From Desulfurococcales archaeon (GTDB lineage: Archaea > Thermoproteota > Thermoprotei_A > Sulfolobales > NBVN01): DNA of 64,000 bases. Of this stretch, positions 45,257-54,801 are shown piece after piece. Below the pieces are notes generated by a model. The model searched no databases, had not been told where the DNA came from, and worked only from the letters and a program-made list of their open reading frames with translations. The stretch lies in NCBI GenBank assembly GCA_023255955.1, contig JAGDWD010000005.1, positions 14,384 through 78,383 on the forward strand, given 5' to 3'. How positions within the stretch are numbered: the first letter of the stretch is position 1; each line of letters begins with the position of its first letter. Made by a program: the position numbers and the translations under genes.

Positions 45257-45825
45257 TGGTCGACGCATATCTAGGTTTACACAGCCAATATCTGGGTGGT
45301 GCTTTGGAGCCTGAGAAATTCATAGAGTTTCTCATGAGTAGAAGGAGCATAAGGAGGTATAAGAAGGATCCGGTCCCTGTAGACCTCCTCCTTAAGCTAG
45401 TCGAGGTAGCTAGATTCGCGCCAAGCGCTAGGAATAGCCAGCCGTGGGAGTTTGTTTTAGTGGTTGATCAGGACGTTAAGCGGAGGTTGGTTTCCATCTA
45501 TCCGTGGAGGCAGCCGCTGTCTGAGGCTCCAGCAGGTATTGTGGTCCTATGCGATGAAACAAAATCACCGCAGTTCTTCATGTATGACTGCGCGAACGCG
45601 GTGATGTATCTAATGCTAGCGGCACACGCCTACGGGCTGGGTACCGTCTGGATAGGTGTTGGAGAAAAGGAGAAGCGTATGGTTCAGGAAATTGTTCATG
45701 CTCCTCCAAATAAGATTCCTATAGCTATAGTAGCAGTAGGCTGGCCCGATGAGAAACCTTCGCCAAGGCCTAGAAAACCAGTTGAGGAGATAACCCACGT
45801 GAACAGTTACGGGGTTAGACCCTGA
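45256..45825 (+). CDS. nitroreductase-family protein
   Basis: RRSIRRYKKDPVP...ARFAPSARNSQPWEFVLV. The start overlaps the DUF1343 stop by 1 nt. Confidence 0.85.
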   Translation: MVDAYLGLHSQYLGGALEPEKFIEFLMSRRSIRRYKKDPVPVDLLLKLVEVARFAPSARNSQPWEFVLVVDQDVKRRLVSIYPWRQPLSEAPAGIVVLCDETKSPQFFMYDCANAVMYLMLAAHAYGLGTVWIGVGEKEKRMVQEIVHAPPNKIPIAIVAVGWPDEKPSPRPRKPVEEITHVNSYGVRP

Positions 45826-45942
45826 AGGTGGAGGGCTCAGCAGGTCTTACGTTCACATTCTTCAAGTAGAGGACTCTGCATTTCTAGGTGGGAACACTGG
45901 CTATTTATAGTTCCTTATAGTTAAGAGCTTGAGGTGCTTTAG

Positions 45943-47907
45943 GTGGGAAGGAAGTTCGTTCCCGAAGACGTCAACAAGTTTACGTACTTTGGGAGGGTGG
46001 CTATATCTCCCCGCGGTGATCTAGTAGCATTCACTACCGCTAGGCCGGACAGAGCTGGAGACCGCTATGAAGTCCGGGTCTGGATTACGAAACTCGACGG
46101 GACCCCAATATACGTGAGTCCAGGTCCTTCAGACTCGTTCCTTGCTTGGAGCCCGGACAGCTCTACCCTCACCTATCAGAGGGTTGCGAGTGATGGGAGA
46201 GGCTCCGAGCTTAGACTCGTAAACGTGGAGAGAGGTACAGATTTCGCTGTCACTAAGCTAGCGGTTCCAGCATCTTCTGCGGTATGGCTTGATGATGAGG
46301 TGATAGCTCTGACCATCCCCACTAAACTCTACGAGGAGGAGCCTGGAGTCCGCGTCGTTAGGGAGTGGCCTCTATGGTTCGACGGTGTCGGATTCGTCCA
46401 CAATGTTAGAATGCAGATATATGTCCTCAGTACGCGTGGTGGGATCCTAGAGAGACTTACCCAGGATAGCTACAGCTACACCAACATAGCTGCTGACCCT
46501 CTGGGGAGGTACTTACTAGCATCCGTAGTTAAGGATCCCTCAAAGCCTTACAGAACCTCCCTGGCCTTAGTAAGGAGAGACGGTAGCGTAGATGAGGTAG
46601 GTCTAGGTCGTGACCTCTGGATCGGGCCTCTCACGACCTCACCTTCCGGGAAGGAGGTAGTCTTCTTTGGTAGAGATAACGAGAAGGGGAGGGGCTTCGC
46701 CTCACATGAGGAGGTATGGCTACTCAACCTCAGCGACCAGCGGTTAGAGTCCATAACTCGGAGTATAGGTCTCGGAACCTCAAGGAGGGTCTACTACGAC
46801 CTCAGAGGTCCTGCCTCCGCGGAGCCTAGACCTGTATGGGACGGTGAGCACATCTACTTCCCAATCTCACGAGGTGGTAGCTACTCCCTCTACAGATACT
46901 CAACTACAGCGCGGTCCATAGAGCCCGTCCTTGACGGTGAGTATGTAGTCTGGGACTACGATGTCCGTCGGGGCACTATTGTCTTCGTTAGGATCACAGC
47001 TACCGAGCCTGCTGAGATTTGGGTGTATAGAGCTAGTGACGTACCTACTAAGGTAACGAGATTCAACGATGTGGTAAAGGAATATGATGTGGTGGAGCCG
47101 AAGCACTTCACGTTTACTGCTAGTGACGGTGTTGAGGTTGAGGGCTGGGTCATAGAGCCTGCGAATAGTGTTGGGGGGAGGAAGTACCCTACCATACTCT
47201 GGATCCATGGAGGACCTAAGAGTAAATTCGGCTGGAGCTTCATGTTCGAGTTCCAACTGTATGCTTCGAATGGCTATGCCGTGGTGTACTGTAATCCGAG
47301 GGGGAGTGACGGGTACTCAGAGGAGTTCGCGGATATTAGGGGGCATTACGGTGAGAGGGATTTCCAGGACATAATGGAGTGTCTAGACCACGCGGTCAGG
47401 AACTTCGACTTCATAGATCCGGAGAGGGTGGGTGTTACTGGGATAAGCTACGGGGGCTTCATGACTAACTGGATAGTAACTCAGACAGATAGGTTCAAAG
47501 CAGCAGTCTCGCAGAACAGCATATCGACGTGGGAAGCTGAGTATCTAACGACAGACATAGGGCCCTACTTTGTCCCAGATCAGATAGGTGGTGATCCCTG
47601 GGAGAGTCAGGAAAAGCTTCGTGCGAAGTCTCCACTATATTACGTAGACAGGGTTAAGACGCCCCTGATGCTGGTCCATAGCCTAGACGACTACAGGTGC
47701 TGGCTTGACCAGGCAATATCCATATACACGGCCCTGAAGCTGAGGAGAAAGGAGGTGGAGCTAGTGCTCTTCGAGAGTGGTGGACACACATTCGGGTGGT
47801 CTGGGAAGCCTAGCCTACGTGAGGCTCGACTAAAACATATGTTGAGGTGGTTCGATACGCACCTAAAGAAGGAGACAGGCGAGGTCCTGGAGTCGTCTAA
47901 GCCGTAG
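45943..47907 (+). CDS. S9-family serine peptidase (acylaminoacyl-peptidase / prolyl oligopeptidase type)
   Basis: N-terminal beta-propeller region. C-terminal hydrolase domain with GISYGGFM (Ser), D..CW (Asp) and GGHTF (His). Confidence 0.88.
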   Translation: MGRKFVPEDVNKFTYFGRVAISPRGDLVAFTTARPDRAGDRYEVRVWITKLDGTPIYVSPGPSDSFLAWSPDSSTLTYQRVASDGRGSELRLVNVERGTDFAVTKLAVPASSAVWLDDEVIALTIPTKLYEEEPGVRVVREWPLWFDGVGFVHNVRMQIYVLSTRGGILERLTQDSYSYTNIAADPLGRYLLASVVKDPSKPYRTSLALVRRDGSVDEVGLGRDLWIGPLTTSPSGKEVVFFGRDNEKGRGFASHEEVWLLNLSDQRLESITRSIGLGTSRRVYYDLRGPASAEPRPVWDGEHIYFPISRGGSYSLYRYSTTARSIEPVLDGEYVVWDYDVRRGTIVFVRITATEPAEIWVYRASDVPTKVTRFNDVVKEYDVVEPKHFTFTASDGVEVEGWVIEPANSVGGRKYPTILWIHGGPKSKFGWSFMFEFQLYASNGYAVVYCNPRGSDGYSEEFADIRGHYGERDFQDIMECLDHAVRNFDFIDPERVGVTGISYGGFMTNWIVTQTDRFKAAVSQNSISTWEAEYLTTDIGPYFVPDQIGGDPWESQEKLRAKSPLYYVDRVKTPLMLVHSLDDYRCWLDQAISIYTALKLRRKEVELVLFESGGHTFGWSGKPSLREARLKHMLRWFDTHLKKETGEVLESSKP

Positions 47908-48000
47908 ACAAGACGGTCAAATACGCTAAGTAGCTTTTTCTCTTGCCCAGACCTACGCAGGAAGCTCGTGCTTATAGTCCTTAGTTCGCTGAGTTGCTAG

Positions 48001-49182
48001 GTGTCTAGGCTGTCTAAATCTGTGACTGCGAACGTGCTTGCTATTACTTTGCTGAACGTATTTAGGGGTCTTGCTGAGAGCGGGTTCAGGGCGTTTTTCT
48101 CCTCGTATATGGGGAGACTCGGCTACTCCCTGGGTGAGATAGGTACTGTAGCTACACTCTCAAATATTGTCGGTGCTCTAGTGTCCCCAGCGGTTGGCTA
48201 CCTACTGGAGGTGTATAGTAGTAGGCTAATCACAGCACTCACCGGGCTTATCTCGGCAGCGTCGCTCACTATACTAGCTCTATCTAGAGATGTGGCCTCA
48301 CTCACCCTCAGCTACGCACTATTCAGCCTAGCTATGTACTTCGCACAGCCAGCTAGGACGGTCTTCCTAGCGAGGACTGTGGAAATAGGGAGGCTGGGCA
48401 CGGTCGTCGGAGTCACCACATTCACATTCACGGTATCCAGGGCTATCGGACCTGCTCTAGGTGGGTACCTAGTCAATGCTTACGGGTACTCAAGCACCTT
48501 CCTAACCTTAGCACTAGTAGCTGTAGCCGGGTCTACCGCTTTTCTAGCACTATCGCACGAGCCTGAGGCAGGGAGGAAGAGCCAGGCGCCGAGTATAGTA
48601 GAGGCCTATCGGAACGCGATTAAACCGAGTAAAAACCTCGCACTTACCTACCTCTTCACATCCATCGACAGGGCTGCCTGGAACCTGTGGAATCCGATGC
48701 TCTCAGCATACCTTCTCGAGAAAGGCTACGACGAGGTCAGTATCGGGATGCTAATTTCCTTCTCCAACGTAGTCGAGGCCGCGTCCACCCCTATAGCAGG
48801 TAAGCTAACCGATAAGCTTGGGAGCTCCATATCACTAGCACTATCCGAGCTTACAGCAGCTATTGCCGCGGCCAGCCTCATGAATCCAAACCCACAACCC
48901 ATAGCAGTTCTCTCAATGGCTTCCATAGGCTTGAGCCTAGGTTTCTGGGTACCGGGGTACAATGTTTACATAGCGAAGGTCTTTAAGAACGTGGGGGAGG
49001 CTTTCGCATCGATAAACGCTGTGAGAAGTTTAGCGAGCGTGCCGTCGCCTTACTTGGGGGGAGTACTTTATGGGGTTGTCTCACCTATAGCTCCTTTCGC
49101 TACATCCACAGCTATGTTGCTGGTTGCTATGGGAATAGCCGCAACCAGCCTCAAGAACGTAGAGACACGGATTCAGCGGTAA
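48001..49182 (+). CDS. MFS transporter
   Basis: 393 aa with ~12 TM segments. GTG start. Confidence 0.75.
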   Translation: MSRLSKSVTANVLAITLLNVFRGLAESGFRAFFSSYMGRLGYSLGEIGTVATLSNIVGALVSPAVGYLLEVYSSRLITALTGLISAASLTILALSRDVASLTLSYALFSLAMYFAQPARTVFLARTVEIGRLGTVVGVTTFTFTVSRAIGPALGGYLVNAYGYSSTFLTLALVAVAGSTAFLALSHEPEAGRKSQAPSIVEAYRNAIKPSKNLALTYLFTSIDRAAWNLWNPMLSAYLLEKGYDEVSIGMLISFSNVVEAASTPIAGKLTDKLGSSISLALSELTAAIAAASLMNPNPQPIAVLSMASIGLSLGFWVPGYNVYIAKVFKNVGEAFASINAVRSLASVPSPYLGGVLYGVVSPIAPFATSTAMLLVAMGIAATSLKNVETRIQR

Positions 49183-49341
49183 AACTAGATATTACATCGA
49201 TTTCCTACTCCACTAGCTCTATAGCTTTATACAGAACACGATACACACCTCAATATACTTAGAACTTTTTCTTAGGGCGGAACAAAGAAACTTAAAGAAT
49301 TTTTCATAAAATAAGCTTTTATACCTGTAAAGGCTTTCCGG

Positions 49342-51168
49342 TTGGGTGTATACATGGTTAAAACATTCACCCTAAGGATAGCCGTGTTGGTTACGGTTAT
49401 GCTGATAACCCTCCCACTGTTTGTAGTGCCGTACGAGGTCTCCGCTCAGACCTCGACAGGCTCAATAACATGTCCCTACAAGGGCGGTACTCTAATAATT
49501 ATACATATGGGAGACCCGAAAAGCTTCAACCCGGACGCTAAGGCTGATGACCCTCTCTACGCTATAGCATCCAACATATTCAACAAGCTGGTGACGTTGG
49601 ACGTCGACTACAATGTGATCCCGGATCTAGCAGAGTCTTGGGAGGTGTCTCCGGACGCTAAGGCGTTCACATTCCATCTAAGAAAGAACGTTAAGTGGCA
49701 TGACGGGACACCGTTTACATGCAAAGACGTTAAGTACACGTTCGAAGCCATGCAAAAGTATAAGGGAGTCGCCTACAGTAACTTGAAGCTAGACATGTTG
49801 GAGGGAATAACATGTAGAGACGACTACACGGCCGAGTTCAGATTCTCAGACTCCAACGCACCGTTCCTAGGCTTCCTTGCGTGGTACGGGACCTTCGTCC
49901 TACCTGAGCACCTCTACAATAAAACTGAGTACACAGATTGGATGGACCCCAACATACCCGCGCTCTCTAAACCAGTCGGGACAGGACCCTTCAAATTCGT
50001 TGAGTACGTCAAAGGAAGCCACGTCACCTTAGAAGCAAACAAGGACTACTTCGCGGGAGCACCATGCATCGGCAAGCTAGTGTTTAAGATCATACCAGAC
50101 GCTGTAGCAGCAATGCAGTCATTCCTCGCAGGGGAGGGTGATGTGCTCGGAGTCACACCACCATTAAGTGAGATACCCCGCATTAACTCAACTGAGGGGG
50201 TGCTAGTCTTAGCAAGACCTATGCCCAGTAGGTACTTCATGGCCTACAACATGGCTCAGGAGAAGGGTAGGATCACCCTAAATAAAGATGTTAGGTTCGC
50301 TATAGCTTATGCTATCAACCGAACCGAGATAGTTGAGAAAGCATTCAGCGGGTACGGCTTCGTAGCTAAAGGCATGTATGTCCCGGCAATAGCATGGGCA
50401 TATAACCCTAACACACAGCCACCCAGTTACAACCCAGCTAAGGCTGAGGAGATTCTGGATAGATTGGGTTATACTAAGGGTCCTGACGGGATGCGCCGCC
50501 TACCGGATGGGAGGGTACTTGAGCTTAAGCTAGTTATATGGCAGGGAGCTCAGACAGAAGCTATGGCTCAGATAATCAAGGAGAACTTACGTAAGATAGG
50601 GATAGAAGTAAAAATAGAGGTCCTCGAGTTAGGGGCTTTTCAGGAGAAGGCATATAAAGACAAGGACTTCGATATGTCTATAACCAATGGCTTCTGGGGA
50701 CCTGACCCCCACAATATGCATATGAGGTTCTCGTCGAAGGGATCTCACAACTTACCAGGGTATGTTAATCCTGTAACCGATGACCTACTAGAGAGGGCAG
50801 CTAAGGAGCCAGACCTAGAGAAGAGGAAACAACTCTATTGGCAGGCACAGGAAGAGTTCGCTAAGGAGCTACCGTACTTCCCGCTTGTGGACGTTGTGGG
50901 CTTCTACATATCTAGAACTGATTGGAAGGGCTTCTACTGGGAACTACCCGGCAAGGTAGGTATAAACGTATATGCTCAGGTATGGTGGGCTAAGGGCGTT
51001 ACAACCACTTCGCTACAACCCACACAAACTACGCAGACCACGCAACCAACCCAGACAGCCACAACGACACCTGGGGGAGGGTTAGAGCAGTGGTTATTAC
51101 CAGTAGTAGTGGTAATAGTAGTGTTAGTACTGGTAGCTCTAGTCCTGACTAGGCGGAGGGGTACGTAA
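49342..51168 (+). CDS. ABC substrate-binding protein, family 5 (Dpp/Opp type), C-terminally anchored through a Thr/Gln-rich linker
   Basis: Signal peptide, then an SBP_bac_5 body (LAESWEVSPDAKAFTFHLRKNVKWHDG). The C-terminus is TTTSLQPTQTTQTTQPTQTATTTPGG plus a TM helix and RRRG. Confidence 0.88.
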   Translation: MGVYMVKTFTLRIAVLVTVMLITLPLFVVPYEVSAQTSTGSITCPYKGGTLIIIHMGDPKSFNPDAKADDPLYAIASNIFNKLVTLDVDYNVIPDLAESWEVSPDAKAFTFHLRKNVKWHDGTPFTCKDVKYTFEAMQKYKGVAYSNLKLDMLEGITCRDDYTAEFRFSDSNAPFLGFLAWYGTFVLPEHLYNKTEYTDWMDPNIPALSKPVGTGPFKFVEYVKGSHVTLEANKDYFAGAPCIGKLVFKIIPDAVAAMQSFLAGEGDVLGVTPPLSEIPRINSTEGVLVLARPMPSRYFMAYNMAQEKGRITLNKDVRFAIAYAINRTEIVEKAFSGYGFVAKGMYVPAIAWAYNPNTQPPSYNPAKAEEILDRLGYTKGPDGMRRLPDGRVLELKLVIWQGAQTEAMAQIIKENLRKIGIEVKIEVLELGAFQEKAYKDKDFDMSITNGFWGPDPHNMHMRFSSKGSHNLPGYVNPVTDDLLERAAKEPDLEKRKQLYWQAQEEFAKELPYFPLVDVVGFYISRTDWKGFYWELPGKVGINVYAQVWWAKGVTTTSLQPTQTTQTTQPTQTATTTPGGGLEQWLLPVVVVIVVLVLVALVLTRRRGT

Positions 51169-51172
51169 GAAA

Positions 51173-52150
51173 ATGGGTCTAGCTTCGTACGTAGCTAAAA
51201 GAGTACTAGAAGGCTTTTTTACTGTGATCATAGCTGTGAGTATTATTTTCTTTCTCGTGAATCTGGCTCCGGGTAACCCTATCTACTTTATTGCTGGGGA
51301 CCCGGTGTTCCTCTCTCCAGCCGTCGTAGAGTACTACACCAAGCTCTGGGGGCTGGATAAGCCTCTCTATGAGAGGTACTTCATTTACATATCGAATTTA
51401 TTTAGGGGAGAGCTCGGGAACTCATATAGGTTCGGTGGCCCAGTAGCTCAGGTAATAATGGAGAGGATACCACTTACACTTTCTCTAACTATAACTAGCA
51501 ACATACTGGCCTTCATAATCGGTACCTTCATGGGTTTAAGAGCTGCTAGGAGCTTTGGGAAGGGGCTTGACAGCGCACTTACTGTCACTACGTTCTTCTT
51601 TAACTCTATCCCAGGCTTCTTCCTTGGGATACTCCTAATGCTCACCTTCGGTGTACACCTGAGATTATTCCCTGTTGCGGGACTCATGGACTTAAGGAAC
51701 CCCAAAACAGGTATAATGCTCTACCTGGATATAGCTTACCACGCCTTCCTGCCGGTGCTGACCCTCACACTGATACTGCTCCCAGCGTACTTCAAGACCG
51801 TTAGGGACTCTGCTGTGCAGCAGCTAGGTGAAGACTATGTACTGACTTTAAGAGCTGTAGGTATGGACGAGAGGAGGATATTCAATAAGCACGTGTTCAG
51901 AAACGTTATCTTGCCACCTATAACACTTCTAGCCATAAGGTTAGGCTTCTCGCTAGCAGGGGCAGCACTCATCGAGAACGTTTTTGGATGGCCGGGAATG
52001 GGTAGGCTTCTTCTGGATTCAATAAGGGAGAGAGACTATCCGGTACTCATGGGGATATACTTCACGATCGTAGTAACCATAGTAGTAATTAGTATAATTC
52101 TTGACCTAATCTACGGAATCCTAGACCCGAGAATAAAGAGTAGGGGATAA
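51173..52150 (+). CDS. Dpp/Opp-type ABC permease (DppB-like)
   Basis: 325 aa; APGNPIYF, EDYVLTLRAVGMDE EAA loop, C-terminal DPRIK. Confidence 0.88.
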   Translation: MGLASYVAKRVLEGFFTVIIAVSIIFFLVNLAPGNPIYFIAGDPVFLSPAVVEYYTKLWGLDKPLYERYFIYISNLFRGELGNSYRFGGPVAQVIMERIPLTLSLTITSNILAFIIGTFMGLRAARSFGKGLDSALTVTTFFFNSIPGFFLGILLMLTFGVHLRLFPVAGLMDLRNPKTGIMLYLDIAYHAFLPVLTLTLILLPAYFKTVRDSAVQQLGEDYVLTLRAVGMDERRIFNKHVFRNVILPPITLLAIRLGFSLAGAALIENVFGWPGMGRLLLDSIRERDYPVLMGIYFTIVVTIVVISIILDLIYGILDPRIKSRG

Positions 52151-52153
52151 CAC

Positions 52154-53008
52154 ATGGTCGGGGAGCTCAGCACCTCGGGAGTATTACGCAGTATCCGCCT
52201 CATAATTAGAGATAAAAGTGTGGTAATAGGCACGATCATGCTCCTATCTATAGGTTTACTGGCCGTGCTAGCGCCCTACATAAACATACCTTACTTCAAC
52301 TCCATGATTTTCCCGAGGTTCTCACCACCCTCACCAAGGAACCCTCTCGGTACAGACCACTTAGGTCGCGACATACTGGCTAGAGTGCTGTGGGGTGCTA
52401 GGATCTCCCTCGCGATAGGCATCTGTGCTGCCGGTCTCGCGTCAGTGATAGGGATAGTGTTAGGGTCGATCTCAGGCTATTTCCGTAGTAAGGTAGGGAC
52501 AGTTATAGATGGCCTAATCAATGTTTTTCAGGTAATCCCAGCCTTCTTCCTAGCTCTAGTCCTGCTAGTAATTTTCGGTAGTAGCGTATACCTGCTAATG
52601 CTAGTCATAGCCATAACTACGTGGCCTATGATAGCTAGAATCATGAGAGCGCAAGTCCTCTCAGTGAAGGAGAGACTCTTCGTTGAATCAGCTAAAGCTA
52701 TCGGATGCGGAGACCTTCACATACTCTTCAAACATGTAATTCCCCACGCAATTCCTCCAGCACTTGCGTACACGATACTAGAGATAGGTGCCGCGATAAT
52801 GATGGAGGCCGGCTTGAGTTACCTGGGGCTCGGAGATCCGAACTACCCGAGCTGGGGTAGGATGATATATGAGGGACAACCATACATAGTATCAGCTCCC
52901 TGGATCTCGCTGATACCAGGAGCTTTCCTAGTGTACACCGTAATAGGAGTGAACCTCGTCGGTAACGGCTTACTGAGGATAGTTAACCCTAAGCTAGCGC
53001 AGAGGTAG
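52154..53008 (+). CDS. Dpp/Opp-type ABC permease (DppC-like)
   Basis: 284 aa; NPLGTDHLGRDILARV, ESAKAIGCG EAA loop. No ATPase genes follow it. Confidence 0.88.
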   Translation: MVGELSTSGVLRSIRLIIRDKSVVIGTIMLLSIGLLAVLAPYINIPYFNSMIFPRFSPPSPRNPLGTDHLGRDILARVLWGARISLAIGICAAGLASVIGIVLGSISGYFRSKVGTVIDGLINVFQVIPAFFLALVLLVIFGSSVYLLMLVIAITTWPMIARIMRAQVLSVKERLFVESAKAIGCGDLHILFKHVIPHAIPPALAYTILEIGAAIMMEAGLSYLGLGDPNYPSWGRMIYEGQPYIVSAPWISLIPGAFLVYTVIGVNLVGNGLLRIVNPKLAQR

Positions 53009-53609
53009 TGGAGTAGGTCGCAGTGAGGTTTCCATTCTATTTTGGTGGGAGCGTCTAGTTCCCCGCAGATTTTCGGGGCTGGTGTCACTACTTGCTATGC
53101 TTTCTACTGGAGGTAGCTGCATCACGTCCTTCATATCCTCGTAGAGCCACACCATTCTATCAACAAACCACAGCTTACTAAGGAAGCTTATGATCATACC
53201 AACAGCTGTCAGCCAGGGATCGAGGAACACTACACCCCATACATAGGGCACAAACCCAGCTACAGCCACAGCTCTTAAGATCCTGGGAGCTTTCTGATGG
53301 TGATCAGGTATCTTTATTTTGTCTTGGTTAACCCATATCCACTCTCCGAGAACTCCCTTAGAGAACCTGAGTCACTACTCTTAGGTTCTGGAAATATCCG
53401 GGGATTAATCCAAGCCCACACAACAACAATTGCTAGAGGGATTAAAGCCCACCACCCTATCCAAGCCCTACTCCATAGAGCTAGCGTTAAGAGTGGTAGA
53501 AGGGGGAGGCTGTGTATTCACTCCACGGGTTTGAGTGTTTCCTGAAGGTCTTCTCATCCATTTTGAAGAGCCTGGCAATAATTTTCTCAAGACTCAATGA
53601 GACCTCCAT
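52994..53609 (-). pseudogene. small membrane protein gene disrupted by two frameshifts
   Basis: Manual translation gives three consecutive pieces in three frames. Piece 1: M..MDEKTFRKHSNPWSEYTA (53609-53490). Piece 2: LPLLPLLTLALWSRAWIGWWALIPLAIVVVWAWINPRIFPEPKSSDS (to ~53368). Piece 3: SKGVLGEWIWVNQDKIKIPDHHQKAPRILRAVAVAGFVPYVWGVVFLDPWL...WFVDRMVWLYEDM (to 52994). Together they read as one coherent membrane protein. The first shift lies near a G5/C5 run at 53502-53506. Confidence 0.5.
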
Positions 53610-53823
53610 GTACTACTCTGATCTCTTCTAGATAATATAAATATAGCTCTGTTTTATTACTCGAGATTTGTGAGGTAGTACTAGTAGCTCTTCCTGTTTC
53701 CTGAACTTCAAGAGCTATAGATGCTGGCAGGTGTACCCCGCCTTTCCGGTTCGTTAGGTAATCTGTGCTATACGGCTATTACAGTATTTAGAGAAATTAA
53801 AAATATTGTTTGCGGAGGCTTCA

Positions 53824-54801
53824 CTACGCCTTCGGGGACCCTATCCCGAGGCCTAGGTCTATCGGGATTACGATTCCGTTAAGGGCTTCGTTCTCCACTA
53901 TATGTCTAACAAGTTTAGCTACCTCCTCAGGTTCGATAAGCCTAGCTATGGGGGATCTCCTTATGTAGTCTCTGAGTATGGACTTTGGTACAGCTAAGGC
54001 CATCCTAGTCTTTACGAACCCGGGTGCTACAGCAACGACGCGGATTCCGTAGGGGGCTAGCTCCTTAGCTAGTGTGTATGTTAAGCCGATGAGGCCTGCC
54101 TTTGATGCTGCGTAGTTTGCTTGCCCTATATTCCCTAATATCCCGACAATAGACGATATGTTAACTATGACCCCTCCCCCAGACCTAATCATGTAGGGTA
54201 CCGAGGCTTTTGAGCAGTGGAATGCCCCGGTTAGGTTAACCTTTATCACGGCTTCCCAGTCTTCAGGGTTCATTCTCTGTAGATATGAGTCCCTAGTTAT
54301 CCCAGCATTATTTACTAGTACGTTAAGCCTCCCAAGCTTATCGACAACCTCCTTCACGCCCCTCTCCACCGACTCTCTATTTGATACGTCCATAGCTACG
54401 AAGATAGCGTTAGTCCCCGTGGACCTCAGGCTGTTGAGGGTCTTCTCAGCTTCCTGGTCGTAGGATAGATCTGCTATAGCAATAGAGTAGCCAGCTCTAG
54501 CTAGCTCCAACGCTATCGCAGCTCCTATACCTCTAGCACCCCCAGTTACTAAGGCAACCTTCACCGGCTCCTCAAGCCCTACCGGGGTGAACTTCCTTAT
54601 CTTCCCAAAGACAGTCCACTCCTCGGAGACCTCCCCCAGGATACCGGTCCTCAACCTACCGAAGTATTTCCTATCTATCCTAACTATAACCCTATTACCC
54701 TTCTCATCCTCAGCTACCCCGATAGCGTACGTGGACTTATAGGGCGGTACGGGAGTGTAGAGCTCTGTGTACGTAATAAGCTTCCAGAACATCACCCTCA
54801 C
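53824..54801 (-). CDS. fusion protein: DUF35-type OB-fold (no Zn ribbon) + 3-oxoacyl reductase (SDR/FabG-like)
   Basis: The N-terminal ~85 aa (YTPVPPYKSTYAIGVAEDEKGNRVIVRI...GEVSEEW) look like a DUF35 OB-fold. They are followed by VALVTGGARGIGAAIA, NNAGI, YAASKAG and IRVVAVAPG. Confidence 0.75.
   Translation of the reverse strand: MRVMFWKLITYTELYTPVPPYKSTYAIGVAEDEKGNRVIVRIDRKYFGRLRTGILGEVSEEWTVFGKIRKFTPVGLEEPVKVALVTGGARGIGAAIALELARAGYSIAIADLSYDQEAEKTLNSLRSTGTNAIFVAMDVSNRESVERGVKEVVDKLGRLNVLVNNAGITRDSYLQRMNPEDWEAVIKVNLTGAFHCSKASVPYMIRSGGGVIVNISSIVGILGNIGQANYAASKAGLIGLTYTLAKELAPYGIRVVAVAPGFVKTRMALAVPKSILRDYIRRSPIARLIEPEEVAKLVRHIVENEALNGIVIPIDLGLGIGSPKA

Noticed and set aside
53297-53545. Listed + ORF of 82 aa
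   Set aside because: It lies antisense to the three frame-pieces of the minus-strand membrane-protein pseudogene, which together give a far more coherent protein.
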